Shown here piece after piece: positions 1 through 9,736 of a DNA stretch of 64,000 nt (within the stretch, counting starts at the first letter, position 1; each line of letters starts with the position of its first letter). The DNA comes from Dehalococcoidia bacterium (lineage in GTDB: Bacteria > Chloroflexota > Dehalococcoidia > UBA2979): contig JBJKVL010000001.1 in NCBI GenBank assembly GCA_045562675.1, positions 228,804 to 292,803 on the forward strand, read 5' to 3'. The translations under genes were made by a program, and so were the position numbers. The notes below the pieces were generated by a model. The model did not search any database. It was not told the DNA's origin and worked only from the letters and a program-made list of their open reading frames with translations.

Positions 1-102
1 TTGAAAAGAATTAACGATACTGTAGTGCAAGAAGACTCTCCTGCAATTAGAGGAATGATTAGTTTGGTAAAGCATTTAATTGAGGTAAAAGAGAATGATT
101 AA
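1..102 (+). CDS. rpmD: 50S ribosomal protein L30, C-terminal fragment (5' end outside window)
   Basis: Frame +1 from the window edge reads [33 protein letters not shown]-stop (TAA 100-102), an L30-like C-terminus. It overlaps the rplO start by 8 nt, the usual spc-operon position. Not in the ORF track because no start lies in the window. Confidence 0.7.
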   Translation: MKRINDTVVQEDSPAIRGMISLVKHLIEVKEND

Positions 103-640
103 TCAGCATAGTTTTCAGTCAGCTACTAAGAGAAAAAATAGGAAGCGCATCGGAAGAGGTAAAGCGAGCGGCCAAGGTACTTATGCTGGCAGAGGTCTAA
201 AAGGACAAAAAGCAAGAGGAAAAGTAAAACTCGGTTTTGAGGGTGGGCAATTGCCAATATTCAGGCGACATGGTTACAAAAAAGGCTTTAGAAATTTTCA
301 CCGTGTTGAATATCAAGCTGTTAATTTAAAGAGAATTGATAGCTTATATGATAAAGATGAAATTGTTAATGCATCGACTTTATATAATTATGGCTTAGTA
401 GACTCTCCTACAACAAATTATAAGATCCTTGGGACTGGTTCATTGTCTAAGCCGCTGAAAATTGTGGCAAATAGATTTTCAGCGAGTGCAAAAAAAATTA
501 TAGAAAAAGCAGGTGGGACGTTTGAAGAAACTGATCCATATGAGAAAAAAATCAGAAATCGAAAACATTTGCGTAAAAATCAAGTTATTAGTAAAGAAAA
601 CATTACTGAGAATCAAGAAGATGAAAAAAATGATGAGTAA
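95..640 (+). CDS. rplO: 50S ribosomal protein L15 (with ~35-aa basic/acidic C-terminal extension)
   Basis: ORF track. Basic Gly-rich N-terminus [30 protein letters not shown] is typical of L15. Sits between rpmD and secY. Confidence 0.95.
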   Translation: MINQHSFQSATKRKNRKRIGRGKASGQGTYAGRGLKGQKARGKVKLGFEGGQLPIFRRHGYKKGFRNFHRVEYQAVNLKRIDSLYDKDEIVNASTLYNYGLVDSPTTNYKILGTGSLSKPLKIVANRFSASAKKIIEKAGGTFEETDPYEKKIRNRKHLRKNQVISKENITENQEDEKNDE

Positions 641-665
641 GCATAGTATTGAAAAGGTTTAGACG

Positions 666-2000
666 ATGGTAAGCAGAGAAAATAACACAGATAAGCCAAA
701 ATTACTAGAAGCGGCACTTGCAGCTATTTCTGAAAAAGAAATCAGAAGAAAAGTGCTCATAACTTTAAGTTTATTATTAGTTTTTAGGTTTGTTGCACAT
801 ATACCAGTTCCTGGAGTTGATAGTGATGCATTGCAAACAATTTTTGATGAAAATGCGATATTAGGTTTTTTGAATATCTTTTCTGGCGGAGCACTTGAAA
901 ATCTTTCTATAGCTGCATTAGGAGTATACCCTTTTATAACAGCCACTATTGTAATGCAATTATTACAACCAGTAGTACCGAAATTAAAAGCTTTAGCTCA
1001 AGAAGGGGAACAAGGAAGAAACAGGATACAAATCTATACAATGTGGCTTACAGTGCCTCTAGCTTTATTTCAAGCTTATGCTCAGCTTTTATTAATTCAA
1101 CAATTCGGTGGAGTATCTGGATTCTCTTTATCAGGCGGAGCAGCACTTGTATCAATTTCTACTATTTTTACTATGGTTGCAGGAACAATGTTCCTAGTTT
1201 GGATTGGCGAAAGAATTTCTGAGAATGGAATTGGTAACGGTGTTTCACTGATCATTTTCGGTGGTATTATTGCTGGTTTACCAAGAACAATAAGCAGAGG
1301 TGTTCTAACCGGAACATCTGCTGCCATAAGTGGTATATTATTATTAGCAATCATTACTTTATTAATTGTTGCATTAATTGTTACTTTTCAAGAAGCTCAG
1401 CGAAGAATACCGGTACAATATTCTCGTTCACAAGTTAAAGGTGGAAGAGTATACAGGCAACAAGGCCAGTCATATCTTCCTTTGCGTGTAAATACGGCTG
1501 GAATGATACCTTTAATTTTTGCTTTTTCTATAATGATATTTCCACCTGTTGCAGCACAGTTTTTAGCTAACACAGTAGATGTGGGATGGATTGCATCCGT
1601 TGCTGGATTCATTCAATCAATTATGTCTCCTGCAGCATTTCCTTATTGGATCCTAGTATTTATTTTAGTAGTTTTATTTACTTTCTTTTATACAATGGTT
1701 GTATTTCAACAACAAAATTTAGCTGATAATTTACAGAAACAAGGAGGATTTATTCCTGGTATCAGACCTGGACTTCCGACCCAGCAATATATAAATAGAG
1801 TTTTAGTTAGAATTACATGGGGCGGCGCTATCTTCTTAGGATTTATCGCAGTAGTACCATTTTTAGCTACTAGCATAACGAATGTTCAAGCTTTACAAAT
1901 TGGTGCAGCTGGCCTTTTAATTGTTGTTGGAGTTGTTATTGATACAATGAGACAACTTGAAGCTCAAATGTCTATGAGAAATTATGAAGGATTTATGTAG
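666..2000 (+). CDS. secY: preprotein translocase subunit SecY
   Basis: 444-aa polytopic membrane ORF with SecY-like segments (GVYPFITATIVMQLL, NGIGNGVSLIIFGGI). Conserved position rplO-secY-adk. Confidence 0.97.
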   Translation: MVSRENNTDKPKLLEAALAAISEKEIRRKVLITLSLLLVFRFVAHIPVPGVDSDALQTIFDENAILGFLNIFSGGALENLSIAALGVYPFITATIVMQLLQPVVPKLKALAQEGEQGRNRIQIYTMWLTVPLALFQAYAQLLLIQQFGGVSGFSLSGGAALVSISTIFTMVAGTMFLVWIGERISENGIGNGVSLIIFGGIIAGLPRTISRGVLTGTSAAISGILLLAIITLLIVALIVTFQEAQRRIPVQYSRSQVKGGRVYRQQGQSYLPLRVNTAGMIPLIFAFSIMIFPPVAAQFLANTVDVGWIASVAGFIQSIMSPAAFPYWILVFILVVLFTFFYTMVVFQQQNLADNLQKQGGFIPGIRPGLPTQQYINRVLVRITWGGAIFLGFIAVVPFLATSITNVQALQIGAAGLLIVVGVVIDTMRQLEAQMSMRNYEGFM

Positions 2001-2573
2001 ATGATTATTGTTTTACTTGGCTTAATTGGCGCAGGAAAGGGTACTCAAGCAAAAATGCTAGTTGAATCGAATGATTTTTTACATATTTCCACTGGTGACA
2101 TGTTTCGTGATGCAGTCAATAATCATACTGAAATTGGCAAAATCGTTGAAGGTTATATGAATGATGGAGCATTAGTGCCTGATGAAATTACAATTAAAAT
2201 GTTATTAGAAAGACTAGATACTAATCAGTCAAATAATAATTTATTACTTGATGGTTTTCCACGAACGACTACTCAGTGTGATGCCTTGGATAATGCGTTT
2301 ATGACCAAGGGCTTAACAATAGACTCTGCTCTCAATATTGTTGTTGATGAAGCTATACTGCTGGATAGAATTGCAAAACGCGCATCAATTGAAAATCGTA
2401 AAGATGACGCTCCAGAAATTGCTAAGCAAAGACTAGAAAATCAAAGAAGAACTTTAGAAGAAGTTGCTCATTATTACCGCAATCAGGATAAATTACTTGA
2501 AGTAGATGGTTTTGGTTCCGTAGAAGAAATCCATCAAAGAGTTGTATCAGTATTAGAAAAAAAAAGTTTATAA
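2001..2573 (+). CDS. adk: adenylate kinase (short-LID type)
   Basis: P-loop GLIGAGKGTQ and a DGFPRT motif. Directly follows secY (TAG then ATG). Confidence 0.95.
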   Translation: MIIVLLGLIGAGKGTQAKMLVESNDFLHISTGDMFRDAVNNHTEIGKIVEGYMNDGALVPDEITIKMLLERLDTNQSNNNLLLDGFPRTTTQCDALDNAFMTKGLTIDSALNIVVDEAILLDRIAKRASIENRKDDAPEIAKQRLENQRRTLEEVAHYYRNQDKLLEVDGFGSVEEIHQRVVSVLEKKSL

Positions 2574-2577
2574 ATCT

Positions 2578-3339
2578 ATGACAATTATTTTAAAATCAGA
2601 TACAGAAATTGAAATCATGAGAGAGTCAGGATTGGTAAATGCTGAGGTAAGAGAAATTATTTTTGATGCTATTGAACCAGGAATAACTGGTAAAGAACTA
2701 GATCAAATTGCAAGAAAAGAAATAGCAGGTAGAGGCGCAACTCCAACTTTTCCAGGCTATGCTCCTTTGGGTAAGCCGCCCTATCCAGGAGCTATATGTT
2801 TTTCAGTTAATGAAAAATTAGTTCATGGTATACCTAATGATTATGCATTACAAGAAGGCGACATAGTGAGTATAGATCTGGGTGTTACCTATAGAAATTT
2901 TGTTTCTGATGCTGCATTCACAAAAGGTGTTGGCAAGATTTCTCAAGTTGCTAGTCAATTAATTGATGTGACTCAAAAAGCAATGCATGCTGGCATTAAC
3001 AAAATGCAAATTGGCAACAAAATAGGTGATATCTCACATGCTATACAAAATTGCTCTTCAGATTTTGGAATTATTAAAGAGTATGGAGGACATGGAGTTG
3101 GACGTGAAATGCACGAAGATCCCCATGTGCCAAATTTTGGTCAACCTAACTCAGGGATACAAATAGTGAAAGGAATGGTTTTGGCAATTGAACCTATGTT
3201 TTCAGTTGGTTCGCCGTCTAATCATGAACATGAAGATCAATGGACCGTTGTTATGGATGATCAATCTCTATCTGCACATTTTGAAGAAACAATTGCGGTG
3301 ACCGATGATGGCCCTTTTGTTTTGACTAGTAAAGATTAA
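2578..3339 (+). CDS. map: type I methionine aminopeptidase
   Basis: 253 aa with MetAP metal-site contexts ([31 protein letters not shown]). Position adk-map-infA. Confidence 0.95.
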   Translation: MTIILKSDTEIEIMRESGLVNAEVREIIFDAIEPGITGKELDQIARKEIAGRGATPTFPGYAPLGKPPYPGAICFSVNEKLVHGIPNDYALQEGDIVSIDLGVTYRNFVSDAAFTKGVGKISQVASQLIDVTQKAMHAGINKMQIGNKIGDISHAIQNCSSDFGIIKEYGGHGVGREMHEDPHVPNFGQPNSGIQIVKGMVLAIEPMFSVGSPSNHEHEDQWTVVMDDQSLSAHFEETIAVTDDGPFVLTSKD

Positions 3340-3614
3340 TGGAGGAAAATTTGTCAGAGGAAGTTTCTATTAACAATCAAGATGATAATCAAAGAGAAAG
3401 TAAAAAGGATATTATTGAAGTTGAAGGGGTAATTAAGGAAGCAAGGCCAAATGCTATGTTTGACGTTGAGCTAGCTAATGGGCATAAAGTTTTAGCTACT
3501 ATTTCGGGAAAAATGAAAATGAATTATATTAGAATATTGCTAGGTGATCGAGTGTTAGTTGAATTAAGTCCTTATGATTTGTCTCGTGGACGTATCACAT
3601 ACAGGTTCAGATAA
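3339..3614 (+). CDS. infA: translation initiation factor IF-1 (with ~20-aa acidic N-terminal extension)
   Basis: The C-terminal 70 aa are a clear IF-1 S1 fold ([48 protein letters not shown]). The start overlaps the map stop by 1 nt. Confidence 0.93.
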   Translation: MEENLSEEVSINNQDDNQRESKKDIIEVEGVIKEARPNAMFDVELANGHKVLATISGKMKMNYIRILLGDRVLVELSPYDLSRGRITYRFR

Positions 3615-3630
3615 AAGAAAAGGTATTTTT

Positions 3631-3744
3631 ATGAAAGTCAAAGCATCAATAAAAAAAAGATGTGACAATTGTCAGATTGTTAGAAGAAAGGGCAGATTAC
3701 GAGTAATTTGTTCTAATCCAAAGTGTAAGCAAAGGCAGGGGTAA
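3631..3744 (+). CDS. rpmJ: 50S ribosomal protein L36
   Basis: Below the ORF-track cutoff. ATG 3631 to TAA 3742-3744 translates to [37 protein letters not shown], a canonical L36. Lies between infA and rpsM. Confidence 0.92.
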   Translation: MKVKASIKKRCDNCQIVRRKGRLRVICSNPKCKQRQG

Positions 3745-3746
3745 TT

Positions 3747-4130
3747 ATGGCAAGAATAGCAGGTGTAGAGATTCCTGATAATAAGCAAGTTGCTTTTTCG
3801 TTAGTCTATATTTATGGCATTGGAAAAACTCTTGCAAATAAAATTATTGAATCAGCAGGAATAGATAAAAATAAATTGGTTAAAGACTTAGATGATAGCG
3901 AATTAGTAAAAATTCGTTCTATTATAGAATCCGATTATGCTGTTGAAGGAGATTTAAGAAGAGAAATCAAATCTAATGTTCAAAGACTTATTGATATCAA
4001 TAGTTATCGGGGCAATCGTCATAAAAAAGGTCTGCCAGTTAGAGGCCAAAGAACAAAAACAAATTCACGTACCAGGCGTACTGGTCCTAGGCAAACTGTT
4101 GCAGGTAAAAGGAGAGTTGGTAGAGCTTAA
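3747..4130 (+). CDS. rpsM: 30S ribosomal protein S13
   Basis: [11 protein letters not shown]-terminus and [20 protein letters not shown] motif. Alpha-operon position. Confidence 0.97.
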   Translation: MARIAGVEIPDNKQVAFSLVYIYGIGKTLANKIIESAGIDKNKLVKDLDDSELVKIRSIIESDYAVEGDLRREIKSNVQRLIDINSYRGNRHKKGLPVRGQRTKTNSRTRRTGPRQTVAGKRRVGRA

Positions 4131-4218
4131 TAAATAAGAAACTATAATTAGTTAATCAGTTATAGCTCATTAATTGTTTTATTAGTAAGCTTATAATCCT
4201 GGAAAAAATGGAGAAATC

Positions 4219-4608
4219 ATGACAACAAATACTAGTCGTCAGAATAATAGTAAAAAGAAAAATGTGCCTATTGGAAGAGCATATATTAATTCTACATTTA
4301 ACAATACAGTTGTTACTATCACTGATCCATCTGGAAATGTACTAGCATGGAGTAGTGGTGGGACTGCTGGTTTTACTGGTTCACGAAAAAGTACTCCTTT
4401 TGCTGCACAATTAGCTGCAGAAAATGTTGCAATAAAGGCAATGGATAAAGGTATTCGCGAGATAGATATTTTCATTAGTGGTCCTGGTTCAGGTCGAGAA
4501 GCGGCTATAAGAGCACTAGCATCTGCAGGAATAAAAATTAAAGCTATGCGAGACATTACTCCTATGCCACATAATGGTTGTCGTGCTAGAAGAAGACCAA
4601 GGAAATAA
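4219..4608 (+). CDS. rpsK: 30S ribosomal protein S11
   Basis: 129 aa with typical S11 segments ([32 protein letters not shown]). The 154-aa antisense ORF here is a shadow. Confidence 0.97.
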   Translation: MTTNTSRQNNSKKKNVPIGRAYINSTFNNTVVTITDPSGNVLAWSSGGTAGFTGSRKSTPFAAQLAAENVAIKAMDKGIREIDIFISGPGSGREAAIRALASAGIKIKAMRDITPMPHNGCRARRRPRK

Positions 4609-4610
4609 TT

Positions 4611-5219
4611 ATGTCTAGATATACAGGCCCCCGGGTTAGAAAAGCTAGGAGATATGGTGCTCCAATTTTTGCAAATGTTGCTGTAGCGAAATCTCGTAAG
4701 CAAAATCCACCAGGCCCTCCTCCTACTAGGAGAAAGAAAATTTCAGATCGAGGATTACAATTAATTGAAAAACAAAAGGTCAGATATGCTTATGGTTTAG
4801 TCGAGAAGCAATTTCGTAATGTTTACGAGAAAGCAGTAAGAAGCGCTGGTCCGACTGGTGATGAGCTAATGATCTTATTAGAAGAACGCTTAGATAATGC
4901 TGTTTATAGGTTAGGTTTTGCATCTACTCGAGATCAAGCTAGGCAATTAGTTACTCATGGTCATATTTCAGTAAAGGGAAATAAATTAAATATCCCAAGT
5001 GCATTAGTAAAAATCGGCGATGAGATATCTTTTACTTCTAGAGGATTGAAATCTAATTATTTGAAAATATTAAAAGAAGAAATCAAGGAGAGAACTAATC
5101 CAGGTTGGCTGGAATTAGATGAAAAAAAATTATTAGGTACAGTAATTAGTCGACCAAATGTTGATGATATTGAACCTATTTTTAATCCAAATGCAATCGT
5201 TGAATATTATTCAAGGTAG
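4611..5219 (+). CDS. rpsD: 30S ribosomal protein S4
   Basis: MSRYTGPRVRKARR N-terminus and an S4 RNA-binding domain (LDNAVYRLGFASTRDQARQLVTHGHI). Confidence 0.97.
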   Translation: MSRYTGPRVRKARRYGAPIFANVAVAKSRKQNPPGPPPTRRKKISDRGLQLIEKQKVRYAYGLVEKQFRNVYEKAVRSAGPTGDELMILLEERLDNAVYRLGFASTRDQARQLVTHGHISVKGNKLNIPSALVKIGDEISFTSRGLKSNYLKILKEEIKERTNPGWLELDEKKLLGTVISRPNVDDIEPIFNPNAIVEYYSR

Positions 5220-5259
5220 ATTATTTGGTTTGTAAGTTTGTTTTGAAAGGGAGTGATTC

Positions 5260-6324
5260 GTGGCTGGAGATTTTGTAATTCCTGAAGTTAATTTAGAAAA
5301 AGATGAAGCTGAGTTTATTAAAGTTGTTGCTGAGCCGCTACAACCTGGTTTTGGTACAACTCTTGGTAACTCACTTAGAAGAATTTTGCTTTCATCATTG
5401 CCTGGTGCTGCTATAACATGGGTTAAAATAGATGGCATAGAACACGAGTTCACATCTATTAATCATATGAAAGAAGATATTGTTGAATTCCTTATTAATT
5501 TGAAAGATGTTCGTATAAAAGCATTTGCTGACAGACCAGCAAATATTAGTTTAAATGTGTCTGGCGCACAAGAAATTACAGCTGGCATGATTGAAACTTC
5601 AGCTGATTATGAAATTATGAATCCAGATTTATATTTAGGGACTTTAACTGATCCTAAAGGTTCTCTTAATGTAGATATGTATGTTCAGAATGGCAGAGGT
5701 TTCGTTCCTGCTACTGAAAATAAAAAATCTGATACTATTGGGATTATTCCTGTAGACTCTGTCTATTCCCCAGTAAGAAGAGTTAATTTTAATGTTACTA
5801 ATACTAGGGTTGGTCAGGATACCAACTATGACAAATTAGAAATGGATATTTGGACAGATGGGACTATTGAAGGCAAGCGTGCTGTATCTATATCAGCAGA
5901 AATTCTGAGAGATCAGCTATTTAATTTTTATGACTTTGGAAAAATTGAAATTGCAGAAATTCAAGAGGAAGAAGAGCAGCCATTTGAAGGTCACGAGACT
6001 CCTATTGAACACTTAGGCTTATCTGTAAGAGCATATAATTGTCTTAAGCGATCAGGTCTAGTGACTGTTGGAATTGTTTTAGAAAGACCAGAGGAAGAAC
6101 TAATGTCTTTACGAAACTTTGGTTTAAAATCTTATGTTGAACTAAAAAATAAGTTAGTTGCTCATGGCTTCCCAGCTCCAAGAAGTCAAAAAACAATTTT
6201 GCTTGAAGAAAAACGTTCTGAAGAAGAAGATTCTGAAATAGCAAATAGTGAAATTAGCAAAGAAGATATTGGGTCGCTTGGAAAAGCACTCATGGATGCA
6301 TTGACTGACGAGGACGAGCAATAA
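5260..6324 (+). CDS. rpoA: DNA-directed RNA polymerase subunit alpha (GTG start, acidic C-terminal tail)
   Basis: 354 aa. N-terminal domain motif GFGTTLGNSLRRILLSSLPGAA and C-terminal-domain motif LGLSVRAYNCLKRSG. Position rpsD-rpoA-rplQ. Confidence 0.97.
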   Translation: MAGDFVIPEVNLEKDEAEFIKVVAEPLQPGFGTTLGNSLRRILLSSLPGAAITWVKIDGIEHEFTSINHMKEDIVEFLINLKDVRIKAFADRPANISLNVSGAQEITAGMIETSADYEIMNPDLYLGTLTDPKGSLNVDMYVQNGRGFVPATENKKSDTIGIIPVDSVYSPVRRVNFNVTNTRVGQDTNYDKLEMDIWTDGTIEGKRAVSISAEILRDQLFNFYDFGKIEIAEIQEEEEQPFEGHETPIEHLGLSVRAYNCLKRSGLVTVGIVLERPEEELMSLRNFGLKSYVELKNKLVAHGFPAPRSQKTILLEEKRSEEEDSEIANSEISKEDIGSLGKALMDALTDEDEQ

Positions 6325-6326
6325 TC

Positions 6327-6677
6327 ATGAAACATAAAATTCAAAGACGTAGATTTGATATGCCAACTTCACAGAGGATGGCTATGTTAAGAAATTTGAC
6401 TACTGATGTATTGAAATATGGATATGTTAAAACAACTGAAGCTCGTGCTAAAGAACTTAGAAGATTAGTTGAGAGAATGATTACCTTAGGAAAAAAAGAT
6501 GACTATTTAGCCAAAAAAAAGGCAGCAGGTTTTATATATGATAAAAATACAGTCAAAAAGTTATTTATTGAAATTGCTCCAAAATATTCTGACAGAAATG
6601 GTGGCTACACACGAGTAATAAAATTGCCAAACAGAAAAGGCGATGATTCTAAAATGGCAAGAATAGAACTAGTTTAA
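6327..6677 (+). CDS. rplQ: 50S ribosomal protein L17
   Basis: 116 aa with L17-like TTEARAKELRRLVERMITLGK and GGYTRVIKL. Follows rpoA. Confidence 0.96.
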   Translation: MKHKIQRRRFDMPTSQRMAMLRNLTTDVLKYGYVKTTEARAKELRRLVERMITLGKKDDYLAKKKAAGFIYDKNTVKKLFIEIAPKYSDRNGGYTRVIKLPNRKGDDSKMARIELV

Positions 6678-6690
6678 CTGAAGGATTATT

Positions 6691-7440
6691 ATGAATTTTT
6701 TATTACTCCTTGAATATGATGGTACAGATTTTTGTGGTTCACAATTTCAACCGCGTATTCGTACTGTTCAAGGTGAATTAGAAGATTCGGTTTTGAATAT
6801 TGCTCCTTTAAATAAAAGAGCTATGTTTGCTAGCAGAACAGATAGTGGTGTACATGCATTAGGTCAAATTGCTAAGATATCAATTGATAAGTCGATCTCA
6901 AGCAATGTTCTTCAATCAGCATTAAATTATTACCTTAGTGATGATTTATCCGTAAAATCCGTTTTAAATGTAGGTGATGATTTTAATCCAAGAATGAATG
7001 CAGTTAGCAGGTTATACGAATATACAATTTCATGCGGGAAAGCACGTTCTCCACAAAATTCTAGATATTCATGGGAAGTAAAAGAATTATTAGATGTTGC
7101 ATTAATGAAAAAAGCAGCTCTAACTCTTCCAAGAAAACCAATAGACTGGTCACCTTATGCTGCAAAATTACCTGAAAATTATTCAGCTATTAGAGAATTA
7201 AAAGAATTTGCAATTTTTCATAAAGAATCTGTTATAAAAATTCGTGTTCGTGCATCTGGCTTTTTACATCATCAAGTTAGAAGGATGGTTGGCGCTCTGC
7301 ATAAAGTTGGGACAAAAAAAATGTCTGTTGAAGCATTTGGTAATTTGATCAATGGCCCTTCGAATAGTGTACAATTTTCTGCACCTGCAAAAGGATTGAA
7401 CCTAGTTGAAGTTGAATATTCCGTACCTATTTTTCAATAA
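6691..7440 (+). CDS. truA: tRNA pseudouridine(38-40) synthase
   Basis: 249 aa. LEYDGTDFCGSQ N-terminus and catalytic-Asp context RTDSGVHA. Follows rplQ, as in actinobacterial gene order. Confidence 0.9.
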   Translation: MNFLLLLEYDGTDFCGSQFQPRIRTVQGELEDSVLNIAPLNKRAMFASRTDSGVHALGQIAKISIDKSISSNVLQSALNYYLSDDLSVKSVLNVGDDFNPRMNAVSRLYEYTISCGKARSPQNSRYSWEVKELLDVALMKKAALTLPRKPIDWSPYAAKLPENYSAIRELKEFAIFHKESVIKIRVRASGFLHHQVRRMVGALHKVGTKKMSVEAFGNLINGPSNSVQFSAPAKGLNLVEVEYSVPIFQ

Positions 7441-7454
7441 ATTAAGGAAATTTT

Positions 7455-8090
7455 GTGAATAAAACGTTTAGGCTAAAAAGAAAAGATATTCTAACTGAAT
7501 GGCACATCATTGATGCTACCGATCAGCCATTAGGTAGACTTGCAACCAGAATTAGTTCATTGATTCTAGGGAAACATAAACCTACTTATGAACCTCATTT
7601 AGCCATGGGAGATTATGTCGTTGTAATAAATTCTGACAGAGTCATTGTTACTGGACAGAAGTTCGATAAAAAAGTTTATTATCGTCATTCTGGCTATCCA
7701 GGAGGTATAAGACAAAGAACTTTTGCAGAGCAAATGGAGATAGACTCTAGACGAGTCATTGAAAAAGCAGTTAAAGGTATGTTGCCTCACAATGTAAGAG
7801 GACGCACTTTGTTTAAAAGACTAAAAGTATACTCAGATGAAAAACATCCTCACGCAGCTCAATTATTTGAAAATAGTAAAAAATCTCAAGATAGTAATGA
7901 AAAGAAAACAACCAAAGTATCTCAATCAGATAAAAATTTAGAGAGTAAAGATGCCAAAGAAGATAAGTCACCAGATTTTAATAAAATGACTAAGCCACAA
8001 TTAATTGATTTTGCAGAAGGCAATCAAATAAAAATTGTTAAGAGTGCAAAAAAAGCAGATATTATTTTAAAAATTAAAGAAAATATGTAA
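7455..8090 (+). CDS. rplM: 50S ribosomal protein L13 with ~65-aa C-terminal extension
   Basis: The first ~145 aa are typical L13 (WHIIDATDQPLGRLAT, YYRHSGYPGG). A Lys/Ser/Asp-rich linker follows, then TKPQLIDFAEGNQIKIVKSAKKADIILKI. Confidence 0.95.
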   Translation: MNKTFRLKRKDILTEWHIIDATDQPLGRLATRISSLILGKHKPTYEPHLAMGDYVVVINSDRVIVTGQKFDKKVYYRHSGYPGGIRQRTFAEQMEIDSRRVIEKAVKGMLPHNVRGRTLFKRLKVYSDEKHPHAAQLFENSKKSQDSNEKKTTKVSQSDKNLESKDAKEDKSPDFNKMTKPQLIDFAEGNQIKIVKSAKKADIILKIKENM

Positions 8091-8108
8091 TTAATTAGGA
8101 GATTTTAT

Positions 8109-8504
8109 ATGGAAGATTCCAAATATTTTTACGGACTTGGTAAACGTAAAACGAGTGTTGCAAAAGTTCGTTTATATGCTGGTAATGGCACTGTAGTAAT
8201 AAATGGAGAAGTGCCTGAAAAGTCAATTCCTAGAAAATCGTCAATGCAAGAAATCATGCATCCTTTGGTTATAACAAATACTCAGAACAAGTTCAATATT
8301 CAAATTAAAGTTGCAGGTGGTGGCCAATCAGGTTGGTCAGGAGCGATCAGTCATGGAATAGCTAAAGCGTTATTAAAATATGATGATTCCTTAAAATCTA
8401 TTTTAAGAAAAAATGGTCTTCTTACGAGAGATGCGAGAGTCAAAGAACGTAAGAAACCTGGTCTAAAAAGAGCTAGAAAAGCACCTCAATATACAAAAAG
8501 ATAA
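8109..8504 (+). CDS. rpsI: 30S ribosomal protein S9
   Basis: 131 aa with GGGQSGWSGAISHGIAKAL and a C-terminal RKAPQYTKR. Pairs with rplM. Confidence 0.96.
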   Translation: MEDSKYFYGLGKRKTSVAKVRLYAGNGTVVINGEVPEKSIPRKSSMQEIMHPLVITNTQNKFNIQIKVAGGGQSGWSGAISHGIAKALLKYDDSLKSILRKNGLLTRDARVKERKKPGLKRARKAPQYTKR

Positions 8505-8512
8505 AATTGAAA

Positions 8513-9736
8513 CTATACTATTTTTTTTATTTCATCAATCTTATCAAGATTTTCCCAAGGTAGTTCTAAATCATTTCTCCCAAAGTGCCCATAAGATGAC
8601 AATTGTGAATAAATTGGTCTTTTCAAATTGAATTGTTTTATTATTGCGCCTGGTCTGCAATCAAATACTTTATTGATAATTTCATGGATTAAATTTAATT
8701 CAACTTTATTAGTGCCAAGACAGTCAAAATTTATTGCAATAGGATTAGCAATTCCTATTCCATAAGCAATTTGAATTTCTATTTTGTCAGCAATCCCCGC
8801 TGCAACTAAATTTTTTGCAATATATCTGCTCATATAGGCACCAGTTCTATCAACCTTTGATGGGTCTTTGCCACTGAATGCACCTCCACCATGTTTTGCA
8901 TTACCACCATAAGTATCGACAACAATTTTTCTACCTGTAAGCCCGGCATCACCTAATGGTCCACCAATAACAAATCTTCCAGATGGATTAATATGGACTA
9001 ACATTGATGATGAATTATTTAGTAATTTATCAGGCATAGATTTTTGAATTACTTGTTCTGTAATAAAATCTTTCAGTTGCTCTGTGCTTATCTGTTCTTT
9101 GTGTTGCGAAGAAACAATTATATTATTAATTGCGTATGGTTTGTTCTTTTTATACTCTACAGTAACTTGTGCCTTACCATCAGGTAATAAAAAACCTCCT
9201 TCATTTTCATGTCTAGCTTGAGCTAACTGCTTTGTTAACTTATGAGCAAGATAAATTGGCATTGGCATATACTCATTTGTTTCATTACATGCAAAACCAA
9301 AAACAATACCTTGATCTCCGGCGCCTTGTTGATTAAATTCATCAATTTCTTGTTTGTTATTGCGAGATTCTAAAGCATTATGAACACTAGTTCCTATATC
9401 TGTAGATTGCGGATTAATATTCGAAATAATCTGACAACTATTTAAATCAAAGCCTGTCTCTTTATCCTTGTATCCAATTTCATGTAGAACTTTTTTTGCA
9501 ATTTCTTCAAACTCAACTACTGCTTTAGAGGTGACCTCACCCAATAGGACAACTAATTGATTACTAATAGCTACTTCGACAGCTACCTTTGATTCTGGAT
9601 CTTGCGATATTAGCGCATCTAGTATGGAATCAGCAATTCTATCACATAGCTTATCTGGGTGACCTTCTGTCACGGATTCACTTGTTAGTAGATAAGATTC
9701 ATTTAAAGTTGAATTGATTTTCATGATTATTCCCAA
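8513..9736 (-). CDS. metK: S-adenosylmethionine synthetase
   Basis: Motifs EGHPDK, GAGDQGI and HGGGAFSGKDPSKVDR. The true start may be the internal Met at 9724. Confidence 0.96.
   Translation of the reverse strand: MGIIMKINSTLNESYLLTSESVTEGHPDKLCDRIADSILDALISQDPESKVAVEVAISNQLVVLLGEVTSKAVVEFEEIAKKVLHEIGYKDKETGFDLNSCQIISNINPQSTDIGTSVHNALESRNNKQEIDEFNQQGAGDQGIVFGFACNETNEYMPMPIYLAHKLTKQLAQARHENEGGFLLPDGKAQVTVEYKKNKPYAINNIIVSSQHKEQISTEQLKDFITEQVIQKSMPDKLLNNSSSMLVHINPSGRFVIGGPLGDAGLTGRKIVVDTYGGNAKHGGGAFSGKDPSKVDRTGAYMSRYIAKNLVAAGIADKIEIQIAYGIGIANPIAINFDCLGTNKVELNLIHEIINKVFDCRPGAIIKQFNLKRPIYSQLSSYGHFGRNDLELPWENLDKIDEIKKIV

Noticed and set aside
659-1612. Antisense ORFs inside secY (659-946, 1097-1354, 1397-1612). 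Similar opposite-strand or alternate-frame ORFs occur throughout: 4239-4703, 5211-5453, 6044-6244, 7599-7790, 12139-12321, 12766-12978, 13476-13898, 14321-14599, 17891-18073, 18203-18415, 20586-20879, 22568-22918, 25261-25617, 29593-29838, 30265-30516, 30955-31284, 32049-32261, 33237-33527, 34324-34539, 35154-35429, 37230-37439, 38411-38665, 39904-40104, 40159-40356, 41169-41848, 42209-42481, 44494-44679, 45008-45238, 45798-45995, 48120-48467, 49816-50025, 53165-53458, 58114-58974, 60939-61145, 62270-62452, 62928-63182.
   Set aside because: All lie within strongly conserved genes on the other strand or frame. They have low-complexity or odd composition and no RBS or motif support, so they are shadow ORFs.
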